Source: Octopus vulgaris (lineage: Eukaryota). From it: a stretch of 64,000 nt of DNA. Positions 14,548 to 27,550 of this stretch are shown one piece after another. A program made the position numbers and the translations under genes. The notes under the pieces are model-generated. The model searched no databases. It had not been told where the DNA came from and saw only the letters and a list, made by a program, of their open reading frames with translations. Position 1 is the first letter of the stretch, and each line of letters begins with the position of its first letter. The stretch covers positions 39,432,001-39,496,000 of the forward strand of contig OX597823.1 of NCBI GenBank assembly GCA_951406725.2, written 5' to 3'.

Positions 14548-14739
14548 AAACAATTGCAACGTGGAAGGTGCTTATAAACCATTTAAGAAACACACAAAAA
14601 CCGTTAGATTCACTTCAACATTTAAATTTAATTTGCCAAAATATTTTCGTCGCTTTGAGACCGCGACCTGTTCACTGACAAAATTCCGTACTGCATCTCT
14701 ATAAATGGCTTATAAACACCTTCCACGCTGCAGTTGTTT
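14548..14739. repeat. Inverted repeat (38-bp arms) enclosing an HHR-shaped fold; probable PLE terminus
   Basis: 14548-14585 versus 14702-14739, 4 mismatches. Confidence 0.75.
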
Positions 14740-14814
14740 TCGTTCCAGCACACGATATCAGATCAGGTCACTTGCTATGCAAGTACATCTCCATATATAT
14801 ATATATATATATAT

Positions 14815-14893
14815 ATATTTGAATAAAAGAAGGGTAAAAATACTGCTTGCCAAAGATGAAAGCGGTATTTTTACCCTTCTTTTATTCAAATAT
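14815..14893. repeat. Foldback palindrome, 34-bp arms
   Basis: ATATTTGAATAAAAGAAGGGTAAAAATACTGCTT - 11 nt - AAGCGGTATTTTTACCCTTCTTTTATTCAAATAT. Confidence 0.9.
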
Positions 14894-14971
14894 TTAATAT
14901 TATACATGGGTAGAAGTCTTGCTAACCGCTTCATTATTACTGCTTTTAACAGCAATAATGCTTTCCTGTAG

Positions 14972-15014
<43 letters not shown>

Positions 15015-15016
<2 letters not shown>

Positions 15017-15370
15017 GAGCAAAACGCCCCCCACCCCGTCCAATGGACGGTGCTGAATTGTCAAACATTTAACCCAAATTTTCTCAAACCAACTTGTCCG
15101 ACCGTCCCATAGGCCTCTCCTTTGAGAAACACTATTTTAACCTAAATTTGAGACACCAGCAAAAGATGGACTTCGACTGATATCCTTTCGCGTACAAATG
15201 CACGTTCCCACGGCTTTATCGATCGCATTCTCACCTGGAATCGATTTTTGTAATTTTTTCAAGACTTATACACGCCCTGGTACCGTCGGTATCTACATAT
15301 CAAATTTGAGCGCAATCGGATGGAGGATGCCCGAGATCCTAGAAGACACACAGACAGAACGGATTTTATA
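15015..15370 (-). mobile_element. Non-autonomous Helitron-like element
   Basis: Minus strand starts TATAAAATCCGTTCTGTCTGTG, has a subterminal hairpin CCGTCC-att-GGACGG (15036-15050) and ends CTCG|T; flanked by TA runs. Confidence 0.5.
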
Positions 15371-16048
15371 TATATATATATATATATATATACATCTGAA
15401 TGCTAACATGAATGTATGTGTATGCTAATGTGCGTGGGTGCATATATATATATATATGCGTGTAAAGGAAGAGAGAGAGTGAGAGAGAGAGTGGGGGTGG
15501 GATAAATGATGCACGTACCCCGTCCTCAAACACAAATATTTTAGCCGGCTTATGAATTAAATCTCTCTCTCTTTCCCTCTCCCTATTTCTCTTTCCCACT
15601 TTCTCTCTCTCTGTGTCTTCATTCCTTCTCTCTTACTCTATGCCTCGCTCTTCCACTCCTTTTTTTTTTTTGAGATAAAATCAAAAATCCACGAATTTCC
15701 GAAAAGTTCACTAAAACTTATAATTCAACATAAAATAACAGCAACAACAACAGCAACAACAGCTGCAGCAACCTCTTTCGGCTTAAAACAACAGGAATAA
15801 CAGCAACAACAACATATAAAATACAATAGGACCACATACAACATATAGCAGCAGCAGCAACAGCAGCAGCAACAGCAGCAACAACAACCACATCAACAAA
15901 AGCAATAGTGAGATAAAGTGTTATGTAAACAACTCGAGACTAAGAACTGTCCACACCTTCCGACTGAATGAAACCTCTTCCTGCCACCCCTCCGAACTAG
16001 CTTCAATTTCCGCTTGTTATCTAGAATTGTAAACTTTGTGGGGGTGTT

Positions 16049-16087
<39 letters not shown>

Positions 16088-16327
16088 TTGTTGGTGGTGG
16101 TGGTAGCGAAAGCCGCAATTTTAATAGAGGTTGTGTTGTGATAATGGCGGTGTTATTAGTAGCGCGTTATTATTACTGCTATAGTAGTAGTAGTAGTTGT
16201 TGTTGTTGTTGTAGAGGTGGTGATAGTGAGGGTGATGGTTGTTTGTGGCTGGTGGTGATGGCGGCGGCGATAATCATGGTGTTATCAATCGTATTAGCGG
16301 TAATAGCAGGATGTTAATAGTAATGTT

Positions 16328-16367
<40 letters not shown>

Positions 16368-16704
16368 TTCATCATCATCAACATCATCTGCAGCAGCGGC
16401 AGCAGTAGGAGTAATAGTAGTAAACGTAAGCCGCCGCCCACGTCTCTGTAGAGACATTCATTAAATCCGCTGATGAATTCATTCATATTTCTGACACGTG
16501 ACTTGTTAGCATGAATTGTAATGTGTGGCAGGGCAGTTGCACGGAGGAGTACCGCATGATGAAGAGGAGCGCGCGTGGTTGATCAGTAGTGAAGTACAAC
16601 ATCAAACACCCACGAAGCAACGACATACCTCTACGTGGTGCTTGATGTGCAGGAAATGCCAGCCAAATCTCCCTTAGATTAATTCCCGCCTTCCAAAAAT
16701 AAAA

Positions 16705-16935
16705 CAAAAGACACTTTGGCTTGTGTTCCCCTAGATACGCTTTGTCTGAAACAAGAAGGAAACACTTTTGACAATGTATTCCTATATATGCACTATGTCT
16801 GAAAGGAAGAAGAAAAGATACACTATGCCTGAAGAAGAAGAAATGACACTTTTGATAGTGTATTCCAAGATGCATTATGTCTGAAAAAATAATAAGAAAT
16901 ACTTTTGATAATTTAGATAAACTTCGTCTGAAAAC
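16705..16935. repeat. Degenerate tandem repeat of about 50 bp (GACACTTTTGA...GATGCACTATGTCTGAA)
   Basis: 4-5 diverged units; the preceding segment resembles the dispersed repeat at about 2545-2630. Confidence 0.6.
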
Positions 16936-18473
16936 ATAGCCCTCGATAGGATGGTCATGGGAGGGGTGATCATGCCCGATCATGGTTGATACGGGAGCTA
17001 ATTCACAACATCCAGCCAAGGGGCTCAGGGAATTTATCTTGTCACCTCCTCTGTGATATATTCAAAGTCAAAATACTTAGGTTGCAAAAGGTTCAGTCTA
17101 CTTAGCTGTAAATAGGGTTACGACTGACTAGGAGGCATATCATTATCACTTCGTGGTGAAAGAGCTCATTGAACAATAGTCCAGGAAACCTGTGGCACAC
17201 AAGTAGATCGCTACCAACAGGCTGACAAATCTTATAGCTCCAGATGTACCACACTGTAGCTAACTTTTTAGAGCGCATTGTGTCGGTATGAGTATGTTGT
17301 CTTAACGTACCACTGTATTTTTGTTTGCCTGTTGTTGTTGTTTAGCTCCAGGTCGGCTCTGAACAAGATCTACAAATCTGTAGCTCCAGATGTATTATAT
17401 CTGTGCTTAGCTGAAGATATTCAATTGTTAACCGCACCGAGTGCTATATAACAGTGTGGCTATGTCATACATACAGTCTCCATGGTCTACTCTAGTTCTC
17501 TATCCCTGTTGTTGTTTGGCCTCAGGTCAGCTGTGAACATATTGACCAATGGTTAAAGGTGTTCAGGTCACAACCAGTGCTCCTTTTATTCAAACACTCT
17601 AGGAATAGGGGTCGACATCATGCGGACTGCGGCCCAAAATTGAGCCTGTGTGTTGGTCTCCGTTAGTCTCTGTTCTTTTCGTAAAGAGATCATGTATTTA
17701 AGAGACATTGAGAAGTTGACAAGTCTTGATGATTAGGATTTATTTTGTCAGCGTTGGAAATGGGGGTGGATATTTATATGTGGGGCCATGTGAAAATACG
17801 AAAAGTCAGGAGGTATGAGATTTCATGTCTTCATATTCTCCTTACAGAATAATTTTATCGCTTGGATTTTCAGGATTTTCAGTTACATGGATAGGCACTT
17901 TACACAACTTTGTAATTGATTCCGATTTAGACTGATAGCTGAGTCCGTACGAAGAACTTACCTTGATAGCCGTATGATAAGATATGAATTCTCTGAATCC
18001 ATATCTTGAAGTATTCATATTATATATATATATATAAATATATATATGTGTGTGCATGTATATATGTAGATATGTGTATCTATATCTGTCACTATACACA
18101 TACACACACACACACATAGACACTCAGCCCCCCCCCCACACACACAGAGTCATAAATGACAAACAGTTTGGCGAAATTTTATTTAACAATAAGGAAATTT
18201 TAATATCACGACAAATTATTTCGTAACTTAAAATCATGTAAATAATTTATATTATTATATTTAATAATAAATAAATTGTTTACATATCTGTATCAATGCG
18301 AAATGCAAAAGATTCCTTTAAAATAATATAGAATTTAAACTACGTCCTCAGGTGAAAGAAAGTCTTTGTAGAATGATACATTAAGGAGCTATTTTTATGA
18401 GTACTACCGGATTACTTTACTTGAATCTATATATTGTTACTTAAATTGATATATATGTATGTATATATGCATA

Positions 18474-18568
<95 letters not shown>

Positions 18569-18879
18569 TATGTGTGTGTATATATCACAGATAGCGTGCG
18601 TGTGTTTGTGTTGATTCACACGCCATACCATTCATTATATGTGTGTGTATTCTGTATGTGTGTCGACGTTACGGAAGCCATGATATTTCGTCAAGAAATA
18701 ACAAACAAAAATTGTGTTTAATCGTTTTCATTAATAAATAGAGGTCCAAATATCATAAAACCTCATACTGCACTGCATAAAGTAAGTATGGAAATATATA
18801 TGTAAAAAAGAATTAAGATAAAATATACTATTTCTGGGATATTTCTGAGATATCTAAAGTTTTAGTATTATTAAGACGA

Positions 18880-19110
18880 GCAGCACGAAGAGACGATAGC
18901 CAGCTGAGGTGACTGTATGCAGGGTATTCCAGCAACTCGAAACCTAATCTTTTAAAGGTTTCATCGGTGTGGGCGGCCGTATGTAGGCATGCGTTGTCGT
19001 GAAACAATAACACATGATTTGACCAAAGACCTTGGCGTTTGGTGCGAATTGCTGGTTTTAAGTTGTTGGCTAGCAATTCGCTGCAACCTACACTGGCGAC
19101 TGTAAACCCT
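18880..19110 (-). mobile_element. Mariner transposase fragment
   Basis: LKPAIRTKRQGLWSNHVLLFHDNACLHTA...LGFELLEYPAYSHLS (HDNA and YSPDL motifs). Confidence 0.8.
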
Positions 19111-19344
19111 TGCAAGTTCTTGTAGCCAAAGGGCTTATACTTATACTTATGCAAAATAAAGTAGAAAACTGTATTGGCCTCTGTGATTTGTATAATTTAT
19201 AGAAACATGAGCTCAGAGAAGTAACTCGGAGAGGTCAGTGGCATGTATTTAAATAACATAGACATGCGCGCACACACACTCACGCGCACACACGCGTACA
19301 CACACACGCACACACACACACACTCACACACACATACACACATA

Positions 19345-19690
19345 CGGTGATTGCTCCAACTTCACAGATGATTACAGTCACCTTGTGCTTCCTCGATGTC
19401 AATGGCATTTCTGACTTTCCACCCATAACCTCTCAGATGACTGCTCTGTTCCGCTGTAGACCAGCATGGTTTGAAGCATAGATGACAAACGAAAGTTACA
19501 ACTTACTGCGCGCTTCCAATTGGTTAGGTCCGCACACGTCGCCAGTCTTCCATCACCATAGGACTTTACCATAAAAAGACATCTGTACATCATTAGATTA
19601 CTGTAATAAACTCCTCTGTGATTAGTACCCAGTGACAAGCCTACGCGAGATGACCAGTAGGCACATGAAACCCCAGTGACCCCTTTCTAG
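19345..19690 (-). mobile_element. Probable RTE-type LINE 3' end remnant
   Basis: Minus frame FVCHLCFKPCWSTAEQSSHLR resembles the C-terminal Cys/His motif of RTE ORF2. Confidence 0.4.
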
Positions 19691-19931
19691 AAGAATGGTT
19701 TTACTGTGTACCCTAACACCAACCAAGTGTATTTCTGCACCCTCAGAGATAGATAGATTGACATCACATATGCAAGTTAACTCATAGGTGGGACTCTTCG
19801 GGTTTTCTACTCTGGGTCAGCGTAGAGCTGAGAAAAATAGGGACTAAGAGGTTGTTCCACACTCTTCAAAACCCTGGAACTACCAAACCAGAGCCCCACT
19901 ACCGGATGCACTTTGATGTCAAACCCAGGAC

Positions 19932-19967
<36 letters not shown>

Positions 19968-20083
19968 GCACGCACGCACACACATGTTCACATGCATATA
20001 TGTACATACACATACATATATACATACACATACACATATCTATCTATATATATATATACACACACGTATGCATATACATGTAT

Positions 20084-20114
<31 letters not shown>

Positions 20115-20146
20115 CAGAGAGAGAGAGAGAGAGATAGCTATATAGC

Positions 20147-20210
<64 letters not shown>

Positions 20211-20563
20211 GGAGAAAAGGTTGAGTTCTATTTCATCCTTTACTTTGGGGGTTCCAAAGTTAGATTTTTTAATGCAGATTCTTCATATTAAATTGATAGC
20301 TTACAAATATAAGTATTGTTTTAAAATATGAAAATCTTACAAGTATAAGGTATGTTATGAACATTTAAAGAACACGTATCCCATATAAACTCATTTTAAT
20401 CTATGCATACGATCGTTTCGAATGGTAATATTAACATGTAAGAAACATGGAAAAAATTAAAAATTAATTTAATTATAATAATAATAATTACATTAATTAC
20501 ATATTACTGTTCTCCTCAGTGCGAAAAAAGACTACATCAAAAAGAATATATCAGAGGAATATT

Positions 20564-20655
20564 ATATTGTTACAGAAGACTAGCTTGAGTGAGTGTCATA
20601 GAATATCCGAATATTTTATATGACACTCACTCCATCTAGTCTTCTGTAACAATAT
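20564..20655. repeat. Foldback hairpin of about 92 nt
   Basis: ATATTGTTACAGAAGACTAG(ctt)GAGTGAGTGTCATA...TATGACACTCACTC(cat)CTAGTCTTCTGTAACAATAT. Confidence 0.9.
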
Positions 20656-20668
20656 TATAATATATATA

Positions 20669-20720
<52 letters not shown>

Positions 20721-20747
20721 CCAAAGCAACAAGAATGGATCGGTAGT

Positions 20748-20830
20748 TTAGTACAATTGTTTCATACTATAACAATTTATTAAAGCTGCAAATATTACAG
20801 CAAATATAATGTTAAGTAATCTTCAGCTAA
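20748..20830 (-). ncRNA. Type I hammerhead ribozyme in the PLE 3' pLTR, long stem II
   Basis: ttag-CTGAAGA-[long paired insert]-GAAAC-AATT-GTA-ctaa; palindromic stem III ACAATTGT. Confidence 0.7.
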
Positions 20831-21744
20831 TTTCATATATGTTTTCCAAACATCTTAGAGAGTGTAAATATACTTATAAAGTTATAGATATGAGCTCCAG
20901 GAACTTGAAGCAAGATTCCAAGCAGACCATATATGCTTTCCAACAATACAAAGTTCTTAAATTAATTAGTGACATCCCTGAGAAGGTAAATATACTCATA
21001 AAGATATGGATATAAATTTCAGGAAACATGAAGAAAGATGCCAATCAGACCACGATTAAGTTCGCATCTAACTGTTGCAAACAAATTTCTATAGTAATAG
21101 GAATGATAGCGGGGTAGGTCAAGGAAGCTGACTAGCTAGAGAAAAGAACAGAAGGAGAAAAAATATGTATGGGGGTGTAAAAGAAACAAAGATACTAAAA
21201 AGGAAGGTCAGTCTATTTCTATGGTGACAGAGAATCTAGGTCAGTGTGGAAAGAATCTTAAATTCTTATGAGAACTGTAAGGTTGACCACCCCTAGCTTT
21301 CAACTGAAAACCATCAGAATTAATAGTGGGAGTTAAAATAAAGGGAAGATCAAAGGAAAACACTAAAGGGGTTATAGGTTATCGGTAGAGAAAGATACAG
21401 TAAGAAAATTAAGGTTAACACTAGAATAGAAGGCTATCTATTTATTTTTGTTTATATTTTAACTTTTATTTTTATATGGTAAGAAAGAATTTAGGTCAAC
21501 ATCTAGAGGTCAATTAAAATCAATAGCAAATGGTAGGGTAACTGTACCTATTCAAATTTATAGTGAAAATCAAATGTATAACTAAGGGAATAGTATTACA
21601 TGTTAAATTTAGAATAGAATTAGGAAAATTAGCAATTTTTTGATTTAAGTAAGGTTAATTAAGTTGACTATAAAGTCAATTAAAAATTTGCATAGTACAT
21701 TTACAATAGTAAGAAAGAACAGCAATAGGAGAACCTACAAATTT

Positions 21745-22668
21745 CTATTTAAAATATTTTAAAGCTTTGATTTTTGAATGAATACAAGATCGACCCAACT
21801 CTATACGATTATTTAGTAGATTTTTATTTTTTCTATACTTTAAAATTTCATAGGTCTCCATAGAACAGAGTTGACAGCCCACCTTATTATTTCTAAAAGG
21901 TATTGCCCTTCTAACTATTTCCCATTTTAGGTTATATTTAATATTATTAGTTTTGAGTTCCCAAATTTTACTGGAAAGTGTAGTGCAACCTGCTTTATGA
22001 TCTAATCGGAAAGAGGAAAGATGATTGTTAATTCTCTGTTTAAAATTAATAGTACAACCTAAGTAAAAAAAGTTACTATTAGAAGTTGTTATAGTACATT
22101 TATAGATTACATTTTGGACTGAACAACGACCAGATGCCGGACAATTTGACCTAATCCTACAATTGCAACTAGGGGGATAATTTTCAGATTTAGAATTATT
22201 TAAGGACAGATCTCTCTCATTGCTGCTATTCAAATTATTATGAATATTATTTTCATTATTATAGGTAATATTGTTATCCAAAGTGGGGTTATTATTTATT
22301 GATCCATTTACACTATCATTTAGATCCACCATAACAATATCTCTATTACCTACATTATTGATATTGCTATTATTATTATTTGTATTTATATCCAAGTAAT
22401 TATTACTGCTATAGATATAATTGTTATCATTATTTTCGGTATTATTTCTATTTATATTATCCTTATTTTTATCATTATAATTATTTCTATTAATATTACT
22501 GATATTATTGTTGTTGATGTTGCTCTCATTTTGATAATAATAATAATAATTATTATTATTTTTGATACTATTATTACAATTATTATTGGTATTCATGTTG
22601 ATACTAATCTTACTACTCCTGGCTAACTTAATGTTTTTACTATTAATTCTAGCTATTATAGTGGACAT
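21745..22668 (-). pseudogene. PLE C-terminal Asn-rich linker plus GIY-YIG endonuclease, open segment of a disrupted polyprotein
   Basis: CNCRIRSNCPASGRC...VIYKCTI...YLGCTINFKQRINNHLSSF...LSSKIWELK...CQLCSME...LLNNRIELGRSCIH; upstream RT part has stops and frameshifts. Confidence 0.85.
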
Positions 22669-23548
22669 ATTTGGGAGGGTTGAATAAGAAATCCTAACTG
22701 TTCTCTTAGAAATTATTGTATGATATTTATGAGAGGTTGGAAATTTTTTTCTAGTATAGATTTGAATCTACTGTATATATTCGATAAAATCGCGCTGTTG
22801 AAAGGAATATTTAGCCAGATGATATTTTCTTTTTTATATTTTCTTAAATTAGAGTTAGGGCGAGATGTATTATTACTGTTCTCACGAGAGTTATTATTCG
22901 TATTACTTTTATTTGTATGTTTTATTAGATTTATCTAGATTAGTTTTTTCAAAGTTACTTATGCACTGGTCAATATTTTTATTCCTATGATTTGGTTTGT
23001 ACACTAGATTTTTCGTCACCATAAATCTATTTTTATATCGGGCACTATCGTTATTCTTGTTTACGTAGTTAATATTCTCTTGTTAGGAAGATACAAACTC
23101 TCCTTATCCTGCTTTAGATAATGCGGTATTATAATGTTTAGAGTGAGAGTTGAATATATCACTATTAGATGACAGTTTGGAAATTCTTAGGGAAATATTT
23201 CTAACTAAAGATTTTATTATATTAGGGGGATGATTAGATAATTTATTTACGTATCTAGTGATTTCACCTTCCTTTCTAAATGGGTAATGTTGCTTAGAGT
23301 TAAGGTCTAAGGTAATATCTCGGAAATTAACTTAGTGCCAGGTTAATAAGTTATGCTAAGGTTAAAATCTCTAAAGAACTTATTAATTTTCTTTTTAATC
23401 GTTTCAATGCTTGAGTTACTATTGCTAGGAACAGCAAACAGAGCATCATCCCTATATAGACCACCTAATTCAGGGATTTCTTTTTTTATACGCCTTAAGA
23501 AATAAGTATATTTACACTCTCTAAGATGTTTGGAAAACCTATATGAAA

Positions 23549-23631
23549 TTAGCTGAAGATTACTTAACATTATATTTGCTGCAATATTTGCAGCTTTAAT
23601 AAATTGTTATACTATGAAACAATTGTACTAA
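23549..23631 (+). ncRNA. Hammerhead ribozyme, inverted pLTR copy
   Basis: Same motif as 20748-20830 on the opposite strand. Confidence 0.65.
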
Positions 23632-23762
23632 ACTACCGATCCATTCTTGTTGCTTATTTTTGGGTTATAATCACCCCACATAATTTTATGGGTAATACCA
23701 TAAAAACATTCTGTGCATCTAAGTTAAGTACCATATTCATTTGAATCTAAATTGTTTTGCTG

Positions 23763-23853
<91 letters not shown>

Positions 23854-23920
23854 CATATATATATAAAACATATGCATACATACATATATGTACATACCTA
23901 CATCTATATGTATATATACA

Positions 23921-23984
<64 letters not shown>

Positions 23985-23986
<2 letters not shown>

Positions 23987-24390
23987 GAGTACAGGACACC
24001 ACAAATAAACGTAGAACACAACGAGAAACGAAAACATGAAATCAGACAAGGAAACGGACCTTTTTTTAACAACGAAAAAACAGAGTACAAGTCAAACAAT
24101 ACAAGGAATATTCCCCTTCATCAGCTACCCCTGGTTCGACTCAATGCGTGTTTCGAAGGTAAGGGGAGAACACGATCCGGCCGAAGCAGTCCTTCCTGCA
24201 AAATGAATTAAATAAAATTCTTTTGCAGAGGGGTAACAAAAAAAAGACAAGAACAGGACGTAAAAGCAATACAAATAAATAAAAATACAGTACACATAAA
24301 GAATAAAAACAGGACAAGGAAATCAACAATAAGGGCTTTTTTAAGCCTAGACGGTGGAAAAATTCGTTGGAACGCAATTCAGAAGATCGA
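23985..24390 (-). mobile_element. Probable PLE terminal fragment with permuted HHR-like boxes
   Basis: Cassette between TA-rich microsatellites; minus strand GAAAC...GAGTC...CTGATGAAGG at 24111-24170. Confidence 0.4.
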
Positions 24391-24540
24391 CATGCATGTA
24401 TATATACATATAGATGTATGTATGTACATATATGTATGTACATATATGTATGTATGTATGCATATGTTTTATTTGTTAAATTGTTATTATATGATTGAAC
24501 GCCTCGCGTCACTTTCTTATTTCCCTAAGTAAGATTTTAT

Positions 24541-24634
<94 letters not shown>

Positions 24635-24710
24635 TTCACACATACGCGCGCCGCACATGCACACACATGTACACTAACATACACACACGTATATGTATAT
24701 ACGTATGTAA

Positions 24711-24819
<109 letters not shown>

Positions 24820-25107
24820 CACACATGTATACAAACAAACACATGTACATATACGCGCGCGCTGGCACAAGTATACGGTGTGCGACAAAAATCTTCCCCA
24901 GTACGTTTCAACATAAACGTCTCCAGAGCAAACTCAGGGAGTGCACTGAACCAACCTTCCTGGTATTTAGAAAAATAATAAAAAGCAACAACAAAAACCA
25001 ACAAAACAAACGATAGAACATTATCTGCCAAACCTCACAAGCGCTATAGTAATAGCCGAGTAAAAGGAAAATGAGAGCATTCTCTTTTGCAGTCTGTCTA
25101 TGTGTGC

Positions 25108-25141
<34 letters not shown>

Positions 25142-25305
25142 TACTGATCCGTCATAGAATATGCAACAAAAAAAGTACTTCATCTTATGAGTATATATAT
25201 ATAGATAATATATGTTATTTATATATATATATATATAAATAATATATATAGATATATGCATATATATATATATATGTATATATATGTATGTATATATGTA
25301 TGCGT

Positions 25306-25371
<66 letters not shown>

Positions 25372-25429
25372 GCACATACGTACATATACATATTTACGCA
25401 TATATTATTATTATTATTATTATTATTAT

Positions 25430-25473
<44 letters not shown>

Positions 25474-25601
25474 TATATTTAGAATATGAGGAGTTTAGTT
25501 CACTTGCGAACTACACGAATTGGCACGCTAGGTAAGTGGTATAGTTTTTTCACCGTCAGGTTCCGTCATTTAGAATAATCTAGGGTATGGTGAATTTGGA
25601 T

Positions 25602-25675
25602 TCTTACTGTCGTTTCTGGGATAACCCAAGTAGTTGGTTAACATATCCGTGCACTCGGTAATCCGTCATCAGAGA
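25602..25675 (-). ncRNA. Type I hammerhead-like motif with extended stem II
   Basis: tct-CTGATGA-cGGATtACCGAGT...ACTTgGGTtATCCca-GAAAC-gaca-GTA-aga. Confidence 0.6.
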
Positions 25676-26321
25676 CAAGGTATGAATATTTTAGACGGGG
25701 AAAATTTACAGTTTACAAGGAATGAAATTCACAGTTTATAAGAAATAAGATAGAAGAATAAAAGAGGAAAATAGAAGATAAAGAGTAAAAGTAGTTAGAA
25801 GAATATAAGCAGGAAAATAATGTTCACAACTGATATCTTATATATACATACATACACAAACATTCAGACACAATCCCTGTTTGTCTGTCTATCAGTCTGT
25901 CTCTCTCCCCCTTTCTCTCTCACTCCTCCCATTGCGCACATACACGCGCACACACACGCGCACACAACCACGCGCCCACACATTTTGGCGTGGAAAAACT
26001 GGATGTAAATGTTAGTGAGAAGCCTACGCTCAACTCGACCGTCACCATTCCAATACAGCGCTTCATTGGACTACTATTTTTTTTTTAAGGTGTAGTTGCG
26101 ATTTTAAGGAAGATCCCACAGCTATTTCTAGAACGTCGTCTCACGGTGCAGAAGCTGGTTGTTTGATTGGCTCATAAGAGACAAACGGTTGAGAATTTGG
26201 CACGGTTTGCAATTAAGCTAATAGTCATAGAATAAAGTGGATTTTACCGAGTAGCATAACATATAAAAGAATGGTTGGCTTATATATATATAAACACATA
26301 CATACATACATACATACATAT

Positions 26322-26379
<58 letters not shown>

Positions 26380-26393
26380 ACATACATACATTC

Positions 26394-27183
<790 letters not shown>

Positions 27184-27185
27184 AT

Positions 27186-27222
<37 letters not shown>

Positions 27223-27286
27223 ATATATACACAGTTATGGTGATGCAAATAGGAAAATGGAACTCAGAATATAAGTATATGTATAT

Positions 27287-27432
27287 TTTTATTAATATTT
27301 AACAGAAGTAACGGAGTGACTCAAGGTCCGAGTTTCGTGGGTTGGCACTTATAAAACTAGTTTGATAAGTATCAACGCACGAAACTCTGGGACCTAGAGT
27401 CACTCTGTTATTTCAGCTAAATGTTAATAAAA
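27287..27432. repeat. Imperfect 146-bp palindrome centred on AAACTAGTTT
   Basis: Arms pair along their whole length; each arm carries HHR-like boxes (TTGATAA-GT...AC-GAAAC on the + strand). Confidence 0.85.
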
Positions 27433-27434
27433 AC

Positions 27435-27521
<87 letters not shown>

Positions 27522-27550
27522 ATATGCATATATAAATGTATATATACATG

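Larger units (their letters stand above)
20719..23765 (-). mobile_element. 5'-truncated Penelope-like element (Naiad/Chlamys-type motifs) with an inverted pLTR copy
   Basis: RT GGLYRDD, VNFRDITLDL, YVNKLSNHPPNIIK, IIWLNIPFN, then a GIY-YIG ORF; 154-bp inverted repeats 20724-20877 / 23502-23655 (3 mismatches); bounded by (TA)n. Confidence 0.9.

Noticed and set aside
16469-16600. C/D-box-like TGATGA/CTGA motifs and a short GSCTEEYRMMKRSARG frame
   Set aside because: Box spacing is too short with no terminal stem; the peptide has no supporting gene structure
21745-22668. Selenocysteine recoding in the Naiad-like endonuclease
   Set aside because: No in-frame TGA at Cys positions in this segment; the two upstream RT-region stops I translated in frame are TAA
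24880-24960. Possible minus-strand exon ([18 protein letters not shown]) after a CAG acceptor
   Set aside because: No homology recognised and a weak donor
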